DNA from: Eledone cirrhosa
Lineage: Eukaryota
NCBI GenBank assembly: GCA_964016885.1
Contig: OZ024741.1
Span: forward strand, 368,838,001 to 368,902,000
Length of the DNA: 64,000 nt
Direction of reading: 5' to 3'
Shown here one piece after another: positions 13,801 to 25,800 of the stretch; the first letter of the stretch is position 1, and each line of letters opens with the position of its first letter. Made by a program: the position numbers and the translations under genes. Below the pieces are notes generated by a model that did not search any database, was not told where the DNA came from, and saw only the letters and a list, made by a program, of their open reading frames with translations.

Positions 13801-15199
13801 TAGTATTGCAGGCAATAACAGGAGTTTAAGACCGGATGCCCATGGGAACTCCTATATGTGGATGATCTCACACTTGTAGCTGAATCTATGGTGGAACTAG
13901 AGAAGAAATTCCAAACTTGGAAGCAGGGATTAGAAAGAAAGGATCTCAAAGTCAACCTGACAAAGACTAAGGTCCTTGTAAGTAGACGAGAAAACAGAAC
14001 CCAGATCCCCTCAGGGAAATGGCCTTGCTCAGTATGTAGGAAAGGTGTAGGTAGGAACTCCATCCTCTGCCCCAAATGCAAACAATGGGTACACAAGAGA
14101 TGTAGTGGGATCTCAGGAAGCTTAGCTAAGAATGTAGGCTTTACATGTAGCAGCTGTGCCGGGACAGCATGCAGCAAACGGCCACATGAAACAAGCATGA
14201 CCAAACTTTGGGAGGGCTCTGTAGAAACAGTAGACAGCTTTTGCTACCTAGGTGACCGAATTAACAGTGGGTGTTCGGAAAGTACAGTAACCAGAGCAAG
14301 AATGGGGTGAAGAAGTTCAGGGAGCTACTGCCACTGCTAGCTGCAAAAAGCTTTTCCCTCAAAATGAAAGGCAGACTGTATGATGTGTGCATACGAACAG
14401 CAATGCTACATGGTAATGAGACCTAGGCATTGTGTGTGGAAGACTTGCGTAGATTAGAAAGAAACGAAGCTTGCATGCTCTGCTGGATGTTTAATAGTAA
14501 TATACACGAACGGCAAAGCATAAATGAATTGAGAGAGAGACTGAGCATAAGAGGGATCAAATGCTGTGTGTAGGAGAGGAGGTTGCATTGGTACGGACAT
14601 GTGATGCGTATGAAGGATGACAGCTGCATAAAAGGGTGCAGAGCACTAGAAGTCGATAGAAGCCGTGGAGTGGGGAGACCCAAGAAGACCTGGAATGAGG
14701 TGATAAAAGCTGACCTTACGCAATTGCACCTCTCAAAGGCGATGACACAGGACCGTGACCTTTCCACAGGTACAAGCCGAATTTGAAGCATATAGACAAT
14801 ATGCACCCTCCCCCTCCACTGTAAAGTGGTTGTGGAGGTGCCACGGCAAAAAAGCACCCAGTCCACACTGTATAGTGGACATGTAGGCACTAGGAAAAAA
14901 AGCACCCAGCACTCACTGTAAATGAAGTTGGTGTTAGGAAGGGCATCCAGCTGTAGAAATCAAGCCAGAATCAGTTCCTGTATGAACAAGACAAGGTCAG
15001 CTGACCTGACACTACCCACAAGAGGATAATCTGTCTAATCTAGGCTAGTGTGGAAGAACGGACGTAAAACGGTGATGATGATGATATATCATCATCATCA
15101 TTATCATACGTCCGTTTTCCCTGCTTGCAAGAGTGGGACGGCTCTTATTATATAGTTGAAAATGAACGAACAAAATACAGGAGGCAATTGTACAGTTAC

Positions 15200-15235
<36 letters not shown>

Positions 15236-18200
15236 TTTGTTTACATTTATGTGTTCATAAGTTATAAACTTATGTGTGTGTCAATGTTTCAATGGACTAA
15301 TATATATGAGAGAGAGTTCTCTGATGATTTGCTGAATGCAGACATAAAGCGAGTGAGTGAATAAGGAAAAAAAATATACTCCTATCCAACTCACAAAAAT
15401 TATGGGGTAACAGTAATGAAACACATGTTAGATAATATAATTTAATAAATCTTTCTCTCCTCTCTTCTTGCCTAGTTTTTCCTAATACTCTTTAAATTAA
15501 ATTACTCTGTGAATTCTTGGAACCTTGAACCATACTCGAGGATTTAACATCTGGATAATTACATAACTCCATCAACCATCTGGAGTAATTATATAATCCA
15601 TCAACCATGTTGAGAAAAACTATCTGGTAAGCTGTTAATTTCACCTTTTGTTTGCATATTCAAATTAACCAACATAAAGGGAAACCTATTTATTTTCTCA
15701 TATATGTATATAGGTATAACTAGAGTGTACTTCCCTGTCTCAATTTTTTCTTCACAACTTTTGTAAAATTGCTTATTTTCAGAATGTGTGCATTACAAGT
15801 ATGATAAAAGTTCTTAAAATATTGTCATTTTCACTCAAAGAAATTACCAGAAGTATCCATACTCTAGATATTTTGGCATCTGTTTTATGATTATTTTGTC
15901 AGATATTTTTTAGTTTATAAATTAATATATATGGTATATAAGAAGGATAACATCTAATAATTTTATATAAGGACCTCTTGTTAAGTTATGTTAGAAATGC
16001 CTTCTTAATAATGAAACAATAATTTTAGTAAATCCCACCCAAATCTTAATTAAATATAATTCTATGTATTTCATTAGAAATATGGTTACACAAAAGTTAA
16101 ATGGTAGTCTTCAGAAATGAAGTAATATTGATACCTTCTCATTGATCCATCCTTCAAACTCATCACACTGATTGAAGAATGATAGCAATCGTACAGAATC
16201 TTCTAAAGAAGAACAGCGAGCCTGAAATAAAATCACAATCAGCCATTGAAATCAAACCAAATTTGACAGTAAACTCAAGACAGCAAATATAAAGAAAATT
16301 TATGAATAAAACACTTTTATAACATTAATAGGTGGTAAATTGACAGTCATTAGAACGTCAGATACAATGCTTTATGGTATTCGTCCCAGTTCTCTGCTCT
16401 CTAAGTTCAAATTCCGCCAAGGTCAACTTTCATCCTTTCAAGGTTGATAAAAAAAAAGTACCAGTCTAGTACTGGGGTCAATTCTTCCTCCCTTTGGAAG
16501 AAATCTGCTGTACTCAGGTCTGGAGAGGGATGGGCTCAGCCAGGCTTAAAATGCCCAAGAAATATTGTATATCAATACGGTGCCACTACGACTATCAGGA
16601 GTCCCAGGACCATACATCATCATCATATACATAAACAACAGTAAGACAAATATTTGCGAACTTTCAACCAACCTTGCATTAAACATTTCACCAAATCCTT
16701 CTTCAGAAATGTAACCCACATTATTCCTAAAGACATCAACCAACACATACTATCTTAATTTGTGTATGGTTGGAATTTATTAATTGGTAGTTGTTCTGAT
16801 ACTGTGTGGCTGCAATGCTGATTATATAATAAGGTACTTATACCTGTCTTGTCCTTTTCCTTTCTTAGTAACCCCTTGCATCTTAGTGACTTTATTGCCT
16901 TGCTGAGAGAGGGGGAGGGGTAAAAAAAAAGAAAAAGGAATTGGTTGCTTCAGAGTTATATAGAAACCATATATGACAGCTGCAGCCTGATGATTTTCGT
17001 CACCCATGTATCAGTAATTAGTGTAGATTTAGTTGTTGTTTTGCTAGGAGTGTTTTGAGTATAATTCTGAAGAACATTATTAGTACTGTCTTATGTGATA
17101 TGTCAGGTTGAGTTCAGGACAATATTACAATATTTGTTTAAGTTCATTGATAATGTTGGTTTGGAGTTACTTCGTGTAATTCCAGGGGTGATACATTTTT
17201 TTTATCAACCTTGAAAGGATGAAAAGCAAAGCTGACTTTAGTGGACCTTGAACTCAAAATACAGAAAGCTGGAATGATTACTGCAACGCCATCTAACATT
17301 TTAATGAATCTGCCAATTCACAAAATAAGTACTTCTTTAAGATAAAAAAAAAATTAAATTTTCACCTGGCTTAGTGTTTTCAGTTTATTATAAGTTCCTT
17401 GAATCTGTTTTTGCCGACTTTCTACATTATCTTTGTCAAAATGAAGATTGGTTTTTGAGCGTACTGGAATAAAAAGACATTTTGTTATGTCTTTATATTG
17501 TATTTTAAGAAAATAAGATACATAATATAACAAGGTCTTTTTCATAGGCATGGATAAAAATATTGGATCCCAGACACAGTTCTTACAGAACTTAACTAAT
17601 ATTTTTATAAGTTCAGAAGCAATATAAACACTAAATATCTACCAATATTATATCTTAACTTTCTACTAAAATATAAAAGGCACAGTGATCAAATTATTTA
17701 AATACTAGACTTAAACTATAGACACAAAAAAATAATAGGGTTAAAATTTGTGACACACAAGACAAACTCTTTGTGAGATTCAGTTCATTGAGATCAACTT
17801 TCATCATTTCTGCCAGTCTTCCTTGCTCTTCCTCTTCTTGCCACTTCTTTGTACAACTGTCACCCATATACATCAGGTGTCTATACCTGCACACAACATC
17901 TGATTCTTCTTATACCCAGTTCTTCACTCAACTCATCTATACTTCATCATTCACTCAAACAAATGTTACACATCAAGTGGAGCATGCTCACATTTCTTTT
18001 CAGTCTTTCCAGGTCTTGCTAAGATGCGATATCAAAATTTGATTTGTCACACATTCAACAATATTAAAATACACAAAAATTTATCAAATATTATTATTGA
18101 ACTTTTCAAAATTCCTATAACTTACCAGAAGGTGTTCTATGCAATGGTGAAGTAACTGGTGTAACCACAGGAGATTTCATAGCCTGCTTTACAACAACTA

Positions 18201-19563
18201 ACTTCTTCTTTGTTTCTTGGACAATACGGGGAGATATTTCTTTCACATAGGTCTTGGGTACATACAGTCCTGTGTTATCAGATTTCATTACCCACCACCA
18301 TTCCTCGTTTGCCTTTTTAATCAAATCAGCCACCTTTACAATATATTAAAAAATATATTAATGAAAGAACAATGATATAAACATTACTATTTACCAGTTG
18401 CCTAAATTAAAAATATGATACTTGAAAATGCTTAAAATATATTCAAATAATTTTTACAGCCACTGGGTAAAAAAAAAAAAAAAAAAAAAAAAAGAGTATA
18501 AAACCATTTACAGTTAGAAACCAGAAGACCACATTATACAATGAAATTAAAACTAAGTTGTAACCTTATTTCTAACTTTGAAATTCACACCACAAAAATA
18601 ACTTGTTTTCATTAAAAGACTCATCAAAATAGTCAATCTTTGCTGAATGATATATATTTAACCTCTAGATCAGAGTGATGTTAAAGATGTAATTGGAAGC
18701 AATCTTCTCATAGCAACACATAATGCACACTGCCAAAAGAAAACAGTTATGTGTGAATTGATTGTAGTTGCTATGAGAACAATGAGTTGCCAATAAGACG
18801 AGATTCAATTGAATAGAAACAAAATAGAAACAAACAATGTGCTTTCAGTGTCATATGAAGCACCTACAGAACCTCAACACTTCAGCCTAGTCAACTTCAT
18901 GAATACTACATCCCTGTTAAGGCTTACCTCGTTCACTCCCTTGAAGGAGTAAATGAGGGAAGCCTTAGATTAGTGAGGCAGTTATGTTTGACTTCTTGCT
19001 CAGTACCCCAAAAGTTAAATTAAAAATAGAAGTCACCATAAAATGTCATTTTACCTAAAGAAACCAAAAAGTGAAAACAATTATTGTATAGCTTCATATT
19101 ATTTCTATACTCACTTCTCCTTTGTTAATATGGCTGCCATCTTTAGGGTTTTGATACCCATATAATGCTTTAACTTGTGGTATTTCCTTTTTCACTATTA
19201 CATCTTTGAAAACTTCCTTTTGTACAACAGCAGGATCATTCCCAATATCTACATCATCAACATCATTTTCTCCATTTTCCATGTGGCGTACAAATTTATG
19301 AGGAGATATCTAAATAGTGAATAAAATAAGATAGGTAAACAGTTCAAAGTAGTGCTAGTGTCATGATTAAAAGCTCCCAGTCCACACTATAAGGTGGTAG
19401 TTGCTCACTATAATAAAATGCTCCCAATACACAATGTAAAGTGGTTGGCATTAAGAAGGGCATCCTGCCATAAAAACCATGCCAAAACAAATTATACAGT
19501 TATATATTCAGAAATGATAAAATGTAAAATGTATAGGATTACATTTTTCTATGTATATATGTA

Positions 19564-19598
<35 letters not shown>

Positions 19599-22500
19599 TT
19601 ATGGGATAACAAGTTATCGTTATAGGTAATCCAGTTAGAGGTTGTGAGTACTCTGCGTCATGGATAGTTTTAACGTACGGCTTTGTTTGACTCAACAAGA
19701 TGCTTCCATAGTTATGCAGCGAGTTTGCGGTAATTTCTAAGCAGGTTATACTTGGAGTAATACTAGTTAAAGAATGAAGAGTAACATGGTTGGCTGTACA
19801 ATAAGGGGCTTTATTTAAAGTACTGACAATTGTTTCGTTGATCAGGCAAATCTAAGTTCACTAATCGCTTGAGGTTGCGTCACTCGATCTCCAATATATT
19901 ATTTACCTCTGGTCAATATCATCATCATACGTCCACTTTTCCCTGCTTGCAAGGGTGGGACGGTAACTGATTCTGGCTTGATTTCTACAGCTGGATGCCC
20001 TTCCTAACACCAACCTCATTTACAGTGAGTGCTGGGTGCTTTTTTGCCGTGGCACCTCCACGACCACTTTGCAGTGGAATGATAGGGACTCCAGTCCCTA
20101 TCATCTCATTTCTACAGCTGATTAAACTGGAGCAATGTGAAATAAAGTGTCTTGCTCAAGGAAACAACACATCACCCAGTCTGAGAATTGAACTCACAAC
20201 CTTTCAATTGCAAGCCCAATGCACTAACCACTAAGCCTCAATATATATATATATATGGAGGCACATGGCTTAGTGGTTAGTGCATTGGGCTTGCAATCGA
20301 AAGATTGGGAGTTCAATTCTCAGACCGGGTGATGTGTTGTTTTCTTGAGCAAGACACTTTATTTCACATTGCTCCAGTTTACTCAGGTGTAGAAATGAGA
20401 TGATAGGGACTGGGGTCCATATCATTCCACTGTAAAGTGGTCGTGGAGGTGCCACGGCAAAAAAGCACCCAGCACTCACTGTAAATGAGGTTGGTGTTAG
20501 GAAGGGCATCCAGCTGTAGAAATCAAGCCAGAATCAGTTCCCGTCCCACCCTTGCAAGCAGGGAAAAAGCGGACGTAAAATGAAATGATGATGATGATGA
20601 TATATATATATATACAAAAATGTTTAACCCCGACGGCAGAGCTCTGCCGTTGGGGTTAAACATTTTCCTATTACTCACTCTACTACCCTAAGTATTGATT
20701 ACTCTGATGCGTTATGGTCCATCTGATTCCTTACTACCACCGCCGCCACCGTCTCAGCGATCTAAGGTCTGTTCTCACCACCTCCGCCCATGTTTTTTGT
20801 GGTCTACCTCTACCACGTCTTCCTTCAACTGGATTTCCTGGCACTTCTTCACCCATCGGTCATCCTCCATGTGCATCACATGTCCATACCACCTCAGTCT
20901 TCTCTCCCGCACACTACATTCTATCCCTCTCAGACACAGTTTCTCTCTCAACACATCCATGCTGGGTCGTTCACGTACATTTACACTGCACATCCAACGG
21001 GGCATGCTTGCCTCATTTCTCTCCAGCCGTCGCATATTCTCTGCAGTTGCTGCCCATGTCTCACTACCATGCAGCATCGCGCTCCTCACACAGGCATCAT
21101 ACAACCGGCCTTTCGTACGCAGGGAGAAACCCTTCTTCGTCAGCAGAGGAAGCAGCTCTATAAACTTCTTCCAATCCGTCATTCTAGATACTAAGGCCTC
21201 GGAAAACTCCCCTCCCATGCTAATCTGATCTCCTAGGTACCGGAAGCTATCCACCACTTCTATAGCACCCGTCTGCATTTGAAAAGTGTGTCTATCAATG
21301 CGACTTCTGTCTAATTTCCCTGTACATCTACTGCATATGTATTTCACTCTACCTGTTAGTTTGCCGGCTATCCTGCTACATCTCTTGTGTATCCAGGATC
21401 TGCATTGTGTGCATTTTATAGAATTTATGCCAGTTCCTTTTCTGCATATCGAACATGGCCATTTCCCTGACAGAATCAGAGTTTTGTCCTCTTTTCTACT
21501 CATCAACACTTTTGTCTCAGCTAGGTTCACTCTCAGTCCTCTTGCTTCCAACTGCTGTTTCCATAGCCAGAATTTATTCTCTAGCTCCTCTACTGATTCT
21601 GCTATAAGAACCAGATCGTCAACATAGAGAAGTTCCCATGGACAGCCAGTCTTAAACTCCTCTGTTATGGCTTGGAGGACTATAATGAACAAGAGCGGGC
21701 TGAGGACCGAACCTTGATGTACTCCTACTTGTATCAGGAATTCCTCACTGAACTCCATTCCTACCCTGACTTTACTGACAGTACCTCTGTACAAAGTTTG
21801 CACTGTCCTCACAAGCCATTCCTCAACACCTAGTTTCCTTACGGACCACCAGATGACAGATCGGGGTACCCTATAAAAGGCCTTCTCTAGGTCATCAAAG
21901 GCCTTCTCTAGGTCAACAAAGGCTAAGTATAGTGGCTTATTTTTCTCTAAGAACCTCTCTTGTAATTGTCTCACCAAGAAGAAGGCATCTGTTGTACTCT
22001 TCCCAGGCACAAAACCAAACTGCATCTCATCTAGTTTGACCTTTTCTCTAATTAGTTGTGCTAATATCCTTTCTGCCACTTTCATAACCTGATCCATCAG
22101 TTTTATACCCCTATAATTGCTCCTCTCCAGAGCATCCCCTTTACCTTTACTTATGAGAATACTGCTGCACCAGTCTTTGGGTATGACACCACCATATATA
22201 GCCTGATTGATGATGCGTGCAACCAGTTTAGTGTCTACGTCCCCCGATTCCTTCAGCATCTCAGCAACTATCCGATGGTCCAGCAGCCTTACCATTTTTC
22301 ATTTCCATAATCGCCTCTTGGACCTATATTCGTCAAACTCAATAGCTGGTCCCTCTGTCGGATCTACTGAGGGTAATTTCTCTCTCTCCCATTCATTCTC
22401 CACATTCATCAGTCTCTCATAATGACATTTCCAGGCCTTCTTTTTCAGATCATTTGTGACACTAAGTACACCGGCATCATTCTGGACACATTTATCTCCA

Positions 22501-22783
22501 ACAACACCCTGATTTGCATTGACACACTGCCTTGCAATGTGGAACACCGCACGCCTCTGATCTTCCCGTCGCAGAACATTGGCAAACCTCCTACTCTCAG
22601 CCTCCCTGCGTGCTAAGTACACCCGACGTCTAGCTTCTCTCTTAGCGGCTGTATATCCTTCCCTACTCCCACCCTTTTTCCAAGCCTTCCATGCTAGTCT
22701 TTTGTCTCTAATGGCCTTATCTACTGTGCTATTCCACCACCAGATCACTCTCTGTCTGGTTGGAGCTCTGCTCCAGCCACAAG

Positions 22784-22838
<55 letters not shown>

Positions 22839-25800
22839 GGCTAAATTGTCTTGTTATTCTGGAGTTTCGCCTGTTTATCACAGGGCTGGTTGAAAAGTTC
22901 ATAAGCTGACTAAGATACCCTCGTGGAATGTAACCAAATGCAGTCCACACATTTCATCCATCGGTGATGCAGTGCTTGAATCCCATTGGTGAAGAAGCTT
23001 TAATCCGCCTGGTTAAAGAAGTCATCAACAGTAGATATGACATCGTCATCACTGTGATACTGGTTCCTAGCCAATTGTTTTTTTTTATGTTGAGGAACAG
23101 ATGATAGTCAGATGGAGCCAAATCAGGAGAATAAGGAAGGTGATTAACCAGTTCAAAGCCACAATCATGCACAGCAGCCATTGAAACCATGTTTGTGTCC
23201 CGGAGCATTGTCCTGATGAAACAAGACTACTTTTCTCAGCTTTCCAAGGCATTTGGTCTTGATAGCCTTCTGTAACTGCCTCAGCAAATTGGCATAGTAC
23301 TCTCAATTGAATAGAATTAAAATTTAGCTTCAATATAACTGTATACATACATGTATGTGAATTTTGTATATCTAAAGATATATGGTATGTTTAATAAATA
23401 AACATTTTGAAAGCCCAGCTTTAGATATACAAAATTCACATAGATGTATGTATACAGCTTTGTCAAAACTAAATTTTAATTCTATTTTAAGATGAGCCAA
23501 CTTATACAGTTTCATATGCAGGTGAAAAACTATATATTTGGTTTAGTTTGGTAATGAAAGGGTTAATATGCTTAAGAAAACTTAAAGGGATATTTTGGTT
23601 TCTGCCTGCCTTATATTTTATAACTGATATTGGTATCATCTTTAAAATATACTTAAGGCTTGGGACCCATGCTATCCACCCACAACAAAACATCAAGCTG
23701 GCATCTGATAACCTTACGGCTCAATTATTTCACCTCAGTTGGTTCTGGTCTCTTTACCATCACATCAAAACACATAAAAACAGAAACAGATCACATAAAA
23801 TTCAAAATGTCTTTGGACAAATGCCTCCAAGAAATCCCGGATAAACTTCCTACACCTGGATATGTCTCCGAAAACAATAACTCTCTGCTTGTGTGGGCCA
23901 TGGTGTACTAATCATGATTTGAAAGACTTCGCCAGGTGGTGCTATTAAGTTAGACATTGGCTGGGCCAAAACTGGCTAAAACCTATCAAAGTTAAGATCT
24001 AATAGAGCCTTATGATTGATTCTAACTAAACTTACATTGTGTTCACTGGCAGCTTTGGTCATGAGAATAGAAAGTTCTCGAAGACGTTCAATCTCAGGGT
24101 TGAAAGCATCAACGTCTTTCATAAGTCGATGATGTCGTACCAGCAATGCCTAAAATAGAAACAAAACCATTTTTGGACTAAATAAATAGCATTAAATAAA
24201 TATACTATCTGTAAAAAATTGAAAAAAAAAAAAAAAAATGATCCCATCAATTAGTTTTAAATGGTCTGTTTTAGAAATATTGGTATAGATAATAATAATG
24301 TGTGTGTGTGTGTAATCATCATCACCATTTAATGTCCATTTTTCCATGCTAGCATGGGTTAGACAGGTTATCCCACTGTGAGACAAGCCAGATCAGATGA
24401 CCGTGTCTTGCTCATACAGAATTGATACTGGCTTAATTTCTACGGCTGGATGCCCTTCCTAACACCAACCACATTTACAGTGTAGACTGGGTGTTTTTTG
24501 TCGTGATACCTACACGACCACTTTACGGCGTAGACTGGGCACTTTTTTACCCAAATTAGTATGATTATTGAAGTCTGCAGCATAGATATTTCACTTTATG
24601 CTTATCTTATTTTATACATAAAATTTAATTCTCTTCTTTGCCCACTTATTCCCGAGAGGATCGTGGGGGCAGAGTCCTCAAACACCCTTCCAAAGGGTCC
24701 TAAAGCGAGACCAGCCATATGGCTCAGAGTCTACACCTGGGTTTCCATCTCCTGCCAGTTGGTTTTTACTGTAAAACATGTCCAGCATTTCTTTTCTTAG
24801 ACATTCTAACCACATGTCAGTAGTATCGGAGCTGTGATCTCTCAATTTGGAGAAATAACGGCTCTATCTGGAATAACTCTCTGATCTCAAAGCTCTGCAT
24901 CCAGTAATATTACTCTAAAGATCCTTTGGAGGAACCCCATTTTGACCACCTGCATTCACGATTGTATTTCTTCAGTCATTGCCCAAGATTCATGACAATA
25001 GATGAGGGTTGGAAAGAATACCGAATTGAAGACAGCTAGTTAGGCTTTTACATCTACATTCTTGTGACCAAATGCTGAAGCAGGTGCATTACTGCACCAG
25101 CTACTGCTGTTCTTGCACTCAATTCAGCCTCCTGCTTTCCATCCCTTGTGAATACATCCCTGAGATATTTGTACTTCTACACCTGCTTCAGTGGAACTCC
25201 ACTCACAGAGTGAACTGTGCAGGCTTCCTTGAGAGGATAAGTGTCACAGTTTTTGCAGCACTAATTTTCCTTCCTGCCATGCTGATATAAACCCATTTGA
25301 TGTACATGAGGTGCATCTAGGAGCAATTACTAACTTCTCAGATACTGAGATTATCAGAGCAATTAAAGAGCTCAAATGTGGTAAGGCCTCTGGGGAGGAT
25401 GAAATTCAGCCCAAGATTTTAAAAGCCTTAAATAGAGAAGGTATTCTTTGAGTGGCTTGTGTGTGCCAGGTAGCCTGGGTCTCTGGAAAGGCACCTAAGC
25501 AATGGCAATCAGGAATGATAATTACAATTTTCAAAATGGAAGATAAGAGAGATTGCTCAAATTATAAAGGGATCTCTTTGTTAAGCATCCTTAGCAAGGT
25601 GTATGCTAAGTGACTGGCAAAACGAGGTAAAGATACTGTTAAGTCCAAGCTAACTGATAAACTGTGGTTTTCATCCCAGCTGACAAAATATTCACACTGC
25701 AGTAAGTTTGCGAGAAATTGCGTGAGTATTGCCAAGAGGTGTGTGCTTGTTTTGTAGACCACAAAAAGGCACATGACTGTGATCCACAGAAACTGTTGTA

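Noticed and set aside
20257-20335. tRNA gene
   Set aside because: Box A/B are present but continue into a SINE body and tail; this is a tRNA-derived head, not a tRNA.
19995-20509. Repeated 79-aa [17 protein letters not shown].. (also 39212, 52384) as a small gene family
   Set aside because: It is the antisense reading of SINE family A; its conservation reflects recent SINE copying.
21878-21922. 21-bp duplication giving [14 protein letters not shown] in the RT
   Set aside because: Copy-specific slippage mutation in a dead element, absent from the 13538 copy.
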